Assembly: GCA_030141605.1 (NCBI GenBank)
Contig: JAQGDQ010000330.1
Span: 1-64,000 of the forward strand
Direction: 5' to 3'
DNA: 64,000 nt
Origin: Tubiluchus corallicola
Taxonomy: Eukaryota; Animalia; Priapulida
Position numbers and translations under genes: made by a program
Notes under the pieces: generated by a model
The model's database searches: none
What the model was told of the DNA's origin: nothing
What the model saw: the letters and a program-made list of their open reading frames with translations, nothing else
Shown here: positions 41,001 to 53,807 of the stretch, piece after piece
Numbering within the stretch: position 1 is the stretch's first letter
Layout: every line of letters begins with the position of its first letter

Positions 41001-44000
41001 AAAAGCCGACCAGCTACCGTAGTAAGTGTCAGAACTTAAAAACAATGTTTCTCCACAGTGTAAAACACTGACAGTGAATACTGTTTACATTCCAGTCAGA
41101 AAATACGATTAGCTACCAGCTTAAAAATGAAATTTTCCAATGTTGTAACAGCAAAATTCCACTTATCTGGGAAAAACTGTTAATAGATGTCACTACATTA
41201 TGAACACCAATATACTGTTAGTAGCACGGTTTACACTGCTGGTATTGCCACCTAGTAGAATTATTATTAAACTAACAGGAACAAGTGTAGTTTTAAATTT
41301 GAGCTTGATGCTAGAAGAGCTGTGTGCAGAACATCACTTCTCTGCCCATTTACACTGACAGTGATTCATTTCACTGCATTTTGAGAGACCTTGATAACCA
41401 ATAAACTAATTTGTAACACTCATTTAACGATTTTTGATATGCTTCATTAACTACCCTATCCTTAATAGCATTGAAAGCAAAGAGAACTGCTTTCATTTGT
41501 GAATGACACTGGAATGTGTGCCACACACAAGAAGAGGTGCTTGTGTGTCGCAAAAGAACTAAAAAGCATCATCGAACTGTAGCAGCTGTGCCAATGAAAG
41601 ACTCACACACTTGGCCTGCTGTTCAATGCTGAAGGACAAAACCAAACAAACAATTCTATATTACATAAACTGAGTTTAACACGTCGTTTATTGAATACAG
41701 ATAATTGTTTCACCATAAATGCCATTTTCAAAGCTAAAAATTAAACCAAGAGAAATAAACACTACATTTCCGACACTAAAATCACACAACCATTACAAAA
41801 TCAAAACAGTGAAAACTAACTGAACATTCTAAATAGTGCAGAAAATATGCAGGACCTTGGAGACAACTGAGGCTTTGTATATTGAAATGCTTGCAGAGCA
41901 TTTCACAAAGTTTTTCTTTGTACCATTTCATTACATTTGTGCCAACAGAGGACAGCAGTATGTAGTCACAAGTCTCTTAGACATTTTTAAAATGCAAAGT
42001 TCTTAATCACGGTCATGATTTTAAATGCCGAATATGTTTTCTTTCAAATATTAGAATTTTAATTTAAAACTGTTTTACTTTCCGCTCTAAGCATAGAATT
42101 ATAATACCTTAATTGTAACTGTAATAACAATTTTAAGTTAAAAATATTAAAGCAATCTTACTGTGAATTAATGCCTTGACAATGACAATTGAGATACCAA
42201 AATTATCTGGTCACAAGCGACAATAATTGGTTTTAGTTTTAAAGTTTGAAATCATTCAAGGGCAGTTATTAAAACAAATCAAAAGGAGGATTTCAATTCC
42301 TTCAACAGTTGTAAGAAGATAGATTTATGGTAACAACTTTGCAACTCTATTTACCAGTAAAATGGAGCATGTGTTATACTCATTCTCACAGCAAGGAGCC
42401 AGAGTTTTCAGTCTGACATAATCATTAACATTTAGTGTTGCATGATGGCATTTACCTAGTCACTTTCATTTGCATCTAATGATCTTCTTGAAAGCCGTCC
42501 TGAACTTGCCATGTGAAGCTGCATATATTATTGGATTGGCAGCACTGTTGTAGGGGGTGAGGAGAAGAATTATTACAAACACATTATTGGGCACGGAGAT
42601 TGTAGAGAGGTCATGAATCAGTCGTGTGAGCAGCGCCGGACCACAAGTAACAAAAAACACCACGGTGACAACTGTCAAAGTCCTAGTTGCCTTCATCTCA
42701 ATCACATTTGTGTTAGTTTGTCGGTTCTGATCATGAATTTGCAAAATTTGTTTTCTTGCGGCTTTCCATATCAATATCAAACAGTTTAGATTAACTGACG
42801 TCAGTTGCAACATTAGTAAAGTACAGTTTCACTCTCAATTCTAAATGTAGAGCGATAATTTCTAACTTGCGACTGTATTAACATATTTCAGTTAAAAATC
42901 TTAAAGCAATCTTACAGTGAATTAATGCTTTAATAATGACAATTAAGAAATCAAAATAATATTGCAGGAAACAATAACAGTGATTTTAGATCTACTGTTT
43001 TAAACCATAGAAGGACTGCTATTAGAATTAGAAGAAATCAAGACACCAAGTTGTGAGTCCATTTAGTCCATTAATTTCTGGCTACTCTACTTGCTAGCTA
43101 AATTAAGCATACGCTATATTCATTCTCGCTGTACCTTGTGAAGCTAGAGTGTTCAGTCTGACACAGTGAAGTTTATTAATCACAGTCTTGCTGGAAGGGC
43201 AGGATCTCTGTGAGGCAAACTACAAAAAAGCATTTCTGTATAATCATTAACATTTACTGTCATGTTAAATCACTTATCCAGTCACTTTCACTTGCATCTA
43301 ATGGTCTTCTTGAAGGCCATTCAGAACTTACTGTGGGAAGCTGCATATATTATTGGATTGGCAGCACTGTTGCAGAAGCCAAGCAACACAAGAAGCTTAG
43401 AAATTTTCTTGGACAAGGAGAATGTATTCAGCTTGATGATTAGTCCTGCGATTGCTGATGGGCCCCAACAAATAAAGAACACTGAGGTGACCATGGTCAG
43501 AGTCTTTGTTGCCTTCATCTCTGTCACTTTTACGCTGGCTTCCCGGTTTTGATTGTGAATTTGTAAAAGCTGCCTCCTCTCGGCTTTCCATATTAATGTA
43601 TACAGCAGCAACATAATAGACATGGGTAAAAAAAGTTGTTATGATGAAAATGACCCCCATTTCCGGGCATACCAAAATGAATGAGTAAAACCATGCACGC
43701 TATAACTATGGCAATAGCTAACATTCTACTCAAGACGTAAAGGTTGTACTTGCAAGGATGTAAAACCACAAGGTATCTTTCAAAGGCTATCAGCCACAGG
43801 TGCATTGTACCGACACTAAACACTACATGAACAGTAACTAAAAGCAATCTATGACGTGATTGAAATAACCAAAACATAACTTCAAAAGGAGGCTCCAACA
43901 ACAAATACAATAAATCCGTTACGGCCAGTGACACAATAAGCACATTCATTTTTGTCTCCAACTGTTTGTACTTGTAAGATGCAATTATATGTAACAAATT

Positions 44001-47000
44001 GCCACTAATTATAACCAAGGTCAATACTACTGCTATGCACGAAGTCACTATGAGTACAGTACGGGACCATCTATGAGTATTGCTAATGCTATCTGATAGA
44101 ACAGAAAAGAGTATTTCCATAGAACATTGCTAAATAAAGAAGTAATGACTCAAGAGTTTTTTGGTCACTCTGTAAGATCATCAATCATATGGTCACCCCA
44201 AAAGCGGTCTCTAGGAAACCTTGACAGAAAACACTGTCGACATTCTATTCAGAAAAGCCAATCAGCTACTATAGTTAAGTGTCACAGCTTAAAAATGAAG
44301 TTTTCCAAAGGTGCATCCGTAAAAGCCGTTACACGAAATCAAAAGATTCAAACTCAATTTCGGATCAATAAAACCCTCTACATTTCTAACTGATTTCACT
44401 GGTTGCCAAAAATTGTCAATAGATATCACTACGTTATGAATATTAATATACAGTTAGCAACACGGTTTACATGACTGGTATTTGCTATCTAGTAGAATTG
44501 CTACTAAACTAATAGCAGCAAGTGTAGCTTTAAGCATCAGTTTACGCTACAGGAAAGCAGCCAGCCACTTCTTTGTCTATTTACACTGATAGACGCTGAT
44601 CACACAGCACTCTGAGAAACCTTCATAACCACTTAACTAAATCGTCAAAAACTCAACATTTTTGAATGTGCTTCGTTAACTGTCTATTCTGAATAGCACT
44701 GAAAGCAGAAAGAACTGTCTTCACTTGCGGATGATTTTTGTGGATAATGCTTCATAAAAACAGCTGCACATTTGCCCAAAAAACCATTAAAAAGAGTAGC
44801 ATCAAGCAGCAATAGCTGAGTCAACAAGAGAATTACATCTTTTTGATGCTCTTCAATGTTGCCGCACATTTGGGTAACAAACAAACATCTCTACATGTTA
44901 TATCACTTGTGTTGATCAGAACACAACTTCAAATACCGCATTTAGACCACGAGAGTAAGAGAATCACACCCTTGGCCAGCTGTTTGTTTGATAACACCAG
45001 ACAAGCAACTTGTGTAACACTGATGAAAGAATGCTGATGAGAACACAATGCTTCAAAATACATAGCAAACTTTAAAACTGGTGACAGACCTTACCGCAAT
45101 CATCAATAGCCCATTCATTGACTATTAGCTGAACTGAATTTTACATTTCATAATTTCTTCCTGCTGATATCACGTGTGCACATGCAACACTTTGAAGTGC
45201 ACAGATTTCACTAACATAATCTGAACAGCACCATCACAAACGATCCACAAAATAATCTGGAAAATCCAAATGCATTATGACACTTGGTAATTCATTTTCT
45301 AGTTCAAAAGGGTCTCAGTCTACCACAAATAAAACTAAAGATATTAATGGAATTTTTGTTAATACAGTTCCAACTTTTTCGACACTGAGTTCCTACTAGC
45401 GAGTTCTCGCATTCTCATTTTCTTTATCAGACAAGTACACCTATCAAAAACAGTGCAAAAATGTGTTTATCACTTTTATGCTTTGAACGCATTAGGTCCT
45501 GTCACAGATTCAGCCCTGCTGTAGTGTAAACAGTAAATTTAGCCCGTTTACTATATAGACATAGCTTTCGAATTCATATCAACCAAATGTGAACTAGTGT
45601 CTCCAGAGGTCTTTATTTTCATTCGCATCTTATGATCTTCTTGAAGGCCATTCTGAATTTACTGTGTGAAGCTGCGTATATTACTGGATTGGCAGCATTG
45701 TTGCAGAGGCTGAGGGCTGCAGTGATTGTAAAAACATTATTGGGCATGGCAAACGTAGAGAAGTCATCAATCATTTGTGCAAGCATTGCTGGACCACAAG
45801 TAACAAAAAACACAACGGTGACAACTGTCAAAGTCCTAGTTGCCTTCATCTCAATCACATATGTGTTAGTTTGTCGGTTTTGATCATGAATTTGCAAAAT
45901 TTGTTTTCTTGCGGCTTTCCATATCAATACATACAGTACCAGCATGACAACCATAGGGAAAATAATAGTGAATATTGTAAAAACAGCAAACTTGACTAAC
46001 CAGTATTCAATCAAGTACATCAAAATGACTGAGTAAAACCATACTGCAAATATGGCAATGGCTAGCATTCTTCTCGTAACATAAGTGTTGTATTTGTAAG
46101 GATATAAAACTGCAAGGTATCTTTCAGTTGCTATCAGACACAGGTGTGCTGTACCAACACTAAACATTATCAAGCGAACAATCACTAAATGTTCTACAAG
46201 ACCTGTTAGAGAAAACCAATATATGATTTCTACAAACATCCCAAATGGTCCATACAATAGATCCGTTACAGCCAGTGACACGATAAGCACATTCATTTTT
46301 GTCTGCAGTTGTTCATACTTGTAAACTGCAATCACAACTAACAAATTACCAATAATTATGACCAAAACTAGTGCTACTGATATGCAGAAAATCATTATGG
46401 ACAGAGTAGAGGACCAGTTATCAGCACTTTCATTGCTACCTGCTAGTATAGAAGAGTTTGTAAAATTTCCGAAAGACATTGCTAAAAAGAAGTATGTTTT
46501 TTGGTCACTCCTTAAGGTCATCAGCCATATGGACATCCGAAAGGTGTCTCATCTCCCTGGGAAACATTGACAGTCAACATTGTTCACCTTCCATTCGGAA
46601 AAGCCGACCAGCTACCGTAGTAAGTGTCAGAACTTTAAAAACAATGTTTCTCCACAATGTAGTGGTGAAAGCAGTCACACAGAAAGCAAAAGACCCAAGG
46701 CCCAATTTCCAGCGGACAATAAAAGTTACCCTCTTCATTCTCGTTGATTTCACTATTTCATCAAAAACCGTTAACAGATGTCACTACATTATGAATATTT
46801 TATTGTTAGCAGGGTTGTTTACAGGACTGGCATGCTTTATTAGTAAACCCGCGCTTGACATTACCGGAGCTGTTAGCAGCCCATCGCGTCTCTGTCTTTT
46901 TACAATGACAGTGGTTGATTGCATAGCACTTTAAGAAACCTTGATAACCATTAAACTAAACCGTCAAATACTCAATTAACATTTTTTGATATGCTTCGTT

Positions 47001-48898
47001 AATTATCCAGTTCTTAGTAGCATTGAAAAGCAAAGACACCTGTTTTCATTTTCAGATGATGTTCAATGAAATCTTCACACTGAGAGCTACACATTTGCCT
47101 ACAAAATAACTAAAAAGAGCAGCATCTAGCAGATGACCCAACAAGAGAATTACTTCTTTCTGATGTCCTCCAATGTCGCCATGTGTTTGTTTGGTAACAC
47201 CAAGCAAACAACTCTATATTGCATCAATTATGTGTTCATGGAGGTGAGAACACAAGGTCTGAAAGCGCATGGGAAACTTCAAACATTGTCCAGGCATTAA
47301 AAACAAGAGAATACAAGGCCGGAAAATATGCAGCAAACCTCACACATTGTGTCTAGACATTGGAAACAAGAAAACACAAGGCTGGAAAATATATAAAACG
47401 TTTATGCTGAAAGTCAATAAGACGTAGGAATTACAAACAGCATTCACCCTGTCATTTCAGCTGGGCATTTCACTCACACCTACTGAATATCATACTGAAG
47501 GCCGTCCTGAGCTTAATGTGCGAAGCAGCATATATTACTGGATTAGCAGCACAGTTGCTGAAGCTGAGGAAGAGTAGGAGCACAAAAACTATCCCGGGCA
47601 TTGATCACGCCGAGGAGCTCATTGATCATTTCTGCAACTGATGCTGGACCACAGCAAATAAAGAAGACACCAGCGAGTAGTGTCAAAGTCCTCGTTGCTT
47701 TCATCTCTGTCACTATTACAAAAGCTTCCTGGTTTTGATCGTGAGTTTGCAAAAGCCGCCTCCTCGCGACTTTCCATATTAGAGCAGTAACATAATAAAC
47801 ATAGGGAAAAAACTGTCATAATAATATTAAACACTATTATAAACATAGGAAAACCAAAACGATTGAACAAGCCCATGCTACAGATAATGTTTTGCTGGTG
47901 ACATAAGTGCTGTTTTTACATGGACGTAAAACCACCAAGTATCTTTCAAAAGCTATCACACACAGGTGTGCTTCACAGACACTAAACACTACAATGTGAA
48001 CAGTGCTTAAAGAAAATCTATAATGCGCTTGAAATAGCCAATACATAACCTCTAAAGGGAGTGCCAAGAGCCCATATAATAGATCTGTTATGGCTAGTGA
48101 CACGAAAAGCACGTTCATTCTCGTCCGCAGTCGTTCATACTTGTGAACTGCAATCACGATTACCAAGTTGCCAGTAATTATCACCATGATTAGCACTACT
48201 GCTATGCGGAAACCTACCACTGAGGTGACTACAGGCCATTCATGTATACCACTAATGTTTGCTGCTGGTGTAGAAAAGCTTGTAACATCTTTGGCAGACA
48301 TTGCTAAAGCAAGCTGCAACTGCAAGAGTTGTTAACAAGTTGTTTGGTCACTGCTAAAGCAAGCTGCAACTGCAAGAGTTGTTAACAAGTTGTTTGGTCA
48401 CTGCTAAAGCAAGCTGCAACTACAAGAGTTGTTAACAAGTTGTTTGGTCACTGCTAAAACAAGCTGCAATTACAACAGCAAAAAATGAAAGTATCAATAC
48501 ATGTTATAAAAAACAGAACTCACTTAGCTATTACGCTAGTGCCAGGAGGTATATGTATATGTGATGTTTATCTTGAATTGGACAAGGTTGCAGTTAACCG
48601 GGAAACGATTTTCAGGGACAGAATTCTACAGTTAAGAAGTTGGAGAAAAAATGGGTTTGCAAGGAGCTGTTCTATCTCTAGGAATTTATGAGACATGCCT
48701 TAGGCCAGGATTTCTCAACCCTTTTTTCTAATATATCCTCCCACTAAGATAATACAAGCAGCCTGGATATTAAGACTTATTAAATACAAAATGGTACCAA
48801 AATGGATATCAAAGGTTCAAATTGCAATGCGATTACACAGATGCTATGCATTAACATCATAAACATACCACTTTTCAATATCCAATACTAAACTTATA

Positions 48899-48962
<64 letters not shown>

Positions 48963-50364
48963 AAAACGATAATCATTTCTATAAGAACAAGCGCTCTGCG
49001 TGCCATACTCAAAGTTTGTTGTATACACAAACCATTCAGAGCCACTGTTTCAATACAAAAACATGAACAAACATCTGTAAAAGTAAGTTTCCCTTTGTCT
49101 GCTGAATGGAACTAGGTTTAGGACAAAGTAATCTTTCGGTAGTCATCCTAGGGCCTGTAAACTGTTCTGTGAACCCCCAGAGATTTCACGAACTCCCAGC
49201 TTGAGAATGCCTGACCTAGAGTAAGCAGGAGAAGAACTAATGGCAAATCTAATCTACATACAAATCAGACTTTGTCTAAAACCAGGATGTATAATGGGTA
49301 TGTACCAAGTACGGACTACGGACTTGAATGTAGACACAAGAAGCAACATGTGCTACATAAAAGGGGGTTTTCAAACAAAAATGTGGGCCGTTGACCTAAA
49401 AACCAAAACAAGAATGTGGGCCTTTGACCTCAAAACTATGAAAAAAATGTGGGCTTATGGCTTTTGCAATTTCTTCGTGTGTCAGCTAGCAAATTTGGTT
49501 ACATTTTTGCAATGTAGGCACAAACAAGACTCCATATATGGATTCTGTTTAGACTGTGTGCAAACTGGTGCATACGTGGTACAAATCGGATGTGAAAAAT
49601 CCGCATGAAATCTACAATAATGAAAGAGATGACGTTGCAATATTTACGCAGTAAAATAATCTTAATCTAGAAATAATGTTACCCCGATTCGATGTGCCGA
49701 GCTGTACTGACAAGCTTCTTGGTCCAGTTTACATAGCCGTCCTCTCCGGTAAACATCATTGACGCCCAACAACAAGCGATAAGTCCGCCGGCTCGACTCC
49801 CTGCAAAACAACAAACACTGTAAACAAAAACCGCTATTGTAAACAATAACTCCTGCTATACTAGAGAAAAAATATGCCAGTTTAGCGATTTTAAAGGATC
49901 ACATTCGACAGTGATCCAGGTTCCTGTCTCTCCACAAGCATCCACTTTAAGCAGGTTCTGCTTGGTCGCATATATCAGTTTGCGGTGTACAACTACTCCC
50001 CTCCTTACCTATTCTGAGTTAAAGCAAACACAGAAACAAACAAGAGAAATGAGTAAAGTTTCACACCTGAAAAAAACTTGATTACCTGCGAGAGTGGGAG
50101 AAGCATAGATGCCGCCTGGCCAATCAGGTGCACAGAAAAACTGCTTTCGACGATATTTGTTATCACTATAACATATCACAGATGATCCTTTAGGAGCGTA
50201 GCCATACTGAAAGAAAATACACAACAATTGTACAGGCATTCCATAAACTGAGAGATTGTTAGAAATGAAATATGGAACTGTTTAGTGTACATGTCTCTCT
50301 CTCCCCCTCTCTCTCTCTCACACACTCTCTCTCCCTCTCCCTCTCTCGCTCTCTCTCTCCCTCC

Positions 50365-50395
<31 letters not shown>

Positions 50396-53300
50396 GCTCG
50401 CTCAGTTGGCATGACACTCACTTAAAAACAAAAGTACGAGAAACAAAAAATGGTATGAATTATGCCAATACTGAAAAGTATTGTGAGTTTTATAAAAGAG
50501 GCGGTAGCACAGGAAGATTAATTAAGATTTTTTCTTGTAAAAATAAGATTGATTAATATTAAAGTTAGGACTACATAGACTAAATAACAGGTACATAAAG
50601 TGGACCTTGTGAGTATCCGCTGATATGCTGGTAACTCCAGGCACACGGAAATCAAACGGAGGAACATAATAGCCGGCTTTCTCCATGAACGCCACAACAA
50701 ATCCACCCAAACATGCATCTACATGAACCGGAATGCCATATTTCAGTCCCAGCTGAAAAACAAGAAGAATTATGGATTTTTTAAGCGTTACAAAAAAGTT
50801 GTGTTAACACAATTAGTTTCACATGTTATCACATGCTGACTGATGATGCAATAATAACTATTCTGGGAGTTTCTTTGCTGTTCATTCCTACAGATGGCAG
50901 TATGCATCCTAAAATCACAGCACTTTAATTTGCAAAACGGATGATGAGTAACATTATTAGACATAAAGGATAAGGAATTTCCCAAATTATCTTAAAGCAA
51001 CTCTAAATCAGAGACTATCGAGTAAGCATGCTTGGAAATCAGAGGAATAATTATGAGCTATCGCATATGTCGTCTAATGAACAGTACCAACTATTAAGTA
51101 ATTATGTGTGATTATCGAGTGGTCATGTCTGGAATGCAGTATGGGTCAAAAAGACTAATTTGTAAGCTTGCAAACAGTCTATGAAATGGACACCGGTCAC
51201 CAGGGCCTATTTCAGCCTAAGCGAGGCCCGGGGAAGTGGGGGGTGTGAGACCATGGTTGGCGCCCGGAAATTTTTGAACTGCTAGAACGCCGGAGAAGCA
51301 TTTTCGAAGAGAAAATATGGAGTTATACAGTTGTTAAAGGAAAGAACAATTGAAAGAAGGACTGCTTTATTCTCAAGACCAGTCCTTAATACTTGTCAAA
51401 TAGTCAAATCAAAAACAACTTCTTTGCAATATTTAATACCTTACTCTCACTTCCGTACAAGCTGGTGTTAGAAATTCCGAAATTGAAAACAGCTAAACAT
51501 CGGCACCGAGCCGCACAAGGCAAACGGTGCGCGTGCGGCAAGAGAGAGAGAGAGGGAAAGAGGAGGCAGTATGTTCGCATAAAGCAAAAAAAGTTACCTA
51601 GGCACGAGGCCCCCCTAAAGGGTGAGGCCCCGGGGAAGTATCCCCACTTCCCCCCCCCCCCTTGAAATAGGGCCTGCCGGTCACCCATTCGCATACTTAT
51701 CAGGTCTTGTACAACTCTGCAGAAAGAGTGCTTACAATTTAATCAACGAGTTTAGATGGCACAACAGTAGTTTCTCGCAGCGCAATAAGTCTCTGATTTG
51801 ACCTCCATAACAGAATTTACAGCAACACAGTTTACTTGTTAACGACAAGACTAGTGATAATTATCAAAACAGTTCCGCAATTATTATAGTTACATGTTAT
51901 TATTATTAATAATAAATGCCACAGTCAAAACAATAAAAAAGAACAACGTTTCAATCCGCCACTGTGGGTTACCATCGTGATGGCAAAAAGGGAAAAAGGA
52001 GGAATCACGAAAATAATATTTTCCGGGGAATTTTCCTTATATGATTTTGGTGTTTTTTATCTTTTGGTGGGAGGAATCAAAAATAATATTTTCGGGGGAA
52101 TTTTCCTTATATGATTTTGGTGTTTTTTATCTTTTTGACATGTGATGAAACGCTGCAATGGCAGTTAAATACGTTGAGATTTTTCATTATATTAGCAATG
52201 ATTTTAACTTATTTTATCTTATCTTATCTTATCTTATCTTATCTTATCTTATTTTAACTTATTTTAACTGATTTTAACATTATTTTAACAATGGCATTTT
52301 TTTATTAATAATAATGAGTACAGTCAACCGACATTTCGTAACATTTTTCCTACGTAAAAATCTTCGTATATAAAGGACTTTCGATTACAAGGGACGGTAT
52401 CTTCAGGTCCCGCGCGATAGAAACCCGGCTAAACTACCTCGCATATAAGGGACCCTATGATTAAAGTGAAATTGATTGATTTTTAACCTCAATTTTTCGC
52501 AAACTCGGCCTTCGAACAGCTCGGTTTCCACGGTCACATACATCTCGCATAACTGAAGAAGCTTCCTACGTAACATTTGCACTGAATGTGTAACAATAAC
52601 CCATAAAAATATGGAGAAAAGTGCAGGTCTAGATACACCCTCGGTCTAACTCAACTTTGGCTACAAGGGACATCGGATATAAAGGACGACTTTTTCCAGT
52701 CCCAAGGTGTCCCTGATATCTGAGGTTTACTGTAGTAACTTTACTAACTGCAGAATCAATTTTAGGCCTTAAAAAATTGCGCAGAACAAGTCAGAAGGAC
52801 TCAAGTTTAATAAGCCTTTTCACAGTTTCGTTGTGTGCATGCACATTTGCTGTGGGTCAAAGGTTAAGTGTACCACAGCAACATGTCTTGATTACAACTG
52901 CCATGTGATGCATGTAAGGCAAAGCTGTTTGCAGCATCAGTTTCATAATTTCAGTTGTTTTACGTGGACTTTACTTAATTATGCATTAGTCTAGGTGTAC
53001 TTTGGTAGCACGTCTTGATTTACTAGCACGATCTTGCTTGGGAACAAGAAAAAATGAATTAGGTAAGGTTCTAGCTAGCTGTTAAAACTGCATGAGCTGC
53101 GAGGCATTGTCAAGTGTGCACAAAATGCGTTGTCTGGTTCACTTAACCTTCCACATTTTCACAATCCCTGAGACTGTGAAAAGGCTTACTGAAGTAGTTT
53201 ATAATCTGAAACCTGAACACTGGGAGGCAAGTTAGCCTGCGTAAACAGAGGCACTTTACACGACCCACAATCAGTGCTTGCTAACGTGTGGTGTTCCTGC

Positions 53301-53754
53301 ACGTTTGACGCAAAATGGAAACTTTGCCAACATATCATCTTTCAGGAATGCTTGCAGACTTGACCAAAATGGGAGCCTCTTCACTTGGTCAACGAGCAAA
53401 CATGACATTTAATGATGACCTTCAATGTTATACCGCCCAGCACAAATCCGTGCGCACATAAAACCATGCTGGCACAGCTAGAAAACTGCAAAGATGAAAC
53501 TAATGATGGCGAAAAATGGCACACAGCAGATGAATTCGAGTCTACTTTTTCTGATAATAACACAAGTGCTGATCATAAGTTGTTTGTTCAACTTTGTTAT
53601 TTTCTTCGCAAAGCCATCCAGCTTCCTGGCGGTACTCGCCCAGCGGTCGCATATCGACAGGTAATTAAAAAAACAATTTTTAATAGATTGAAAATTTTCA
53701 TTTGCCATAAAATAATGACAGCACAAGTGGCTATCATTATTTATAAGATATCAT

Positions 53755-53807
<53 letters not shown>

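Noticed and set aside
25736-46479. Naming the GPCRs as histamine, adrenergic, trace-amine, S1P or melanocortin receptors
   Set aside because: No Asp3.32 for an aminergic call and no Arg3.28 of the S1P receptor RE pair; shared features do not establish orthology.
25749-46570. Recurrent + strand ORFs (MIFLKA.., MTKTSAT..)
   Set aside because: Antisense shadows of the GPCR coding sequences; they recur only because the GPCRs are paralogous.
51940-52180. Second hammerhead/Penelope-like inverted pair
   Set aside because: Only loose gatga..gaaacgttg similarity; the catalytic core and stems are not intact.
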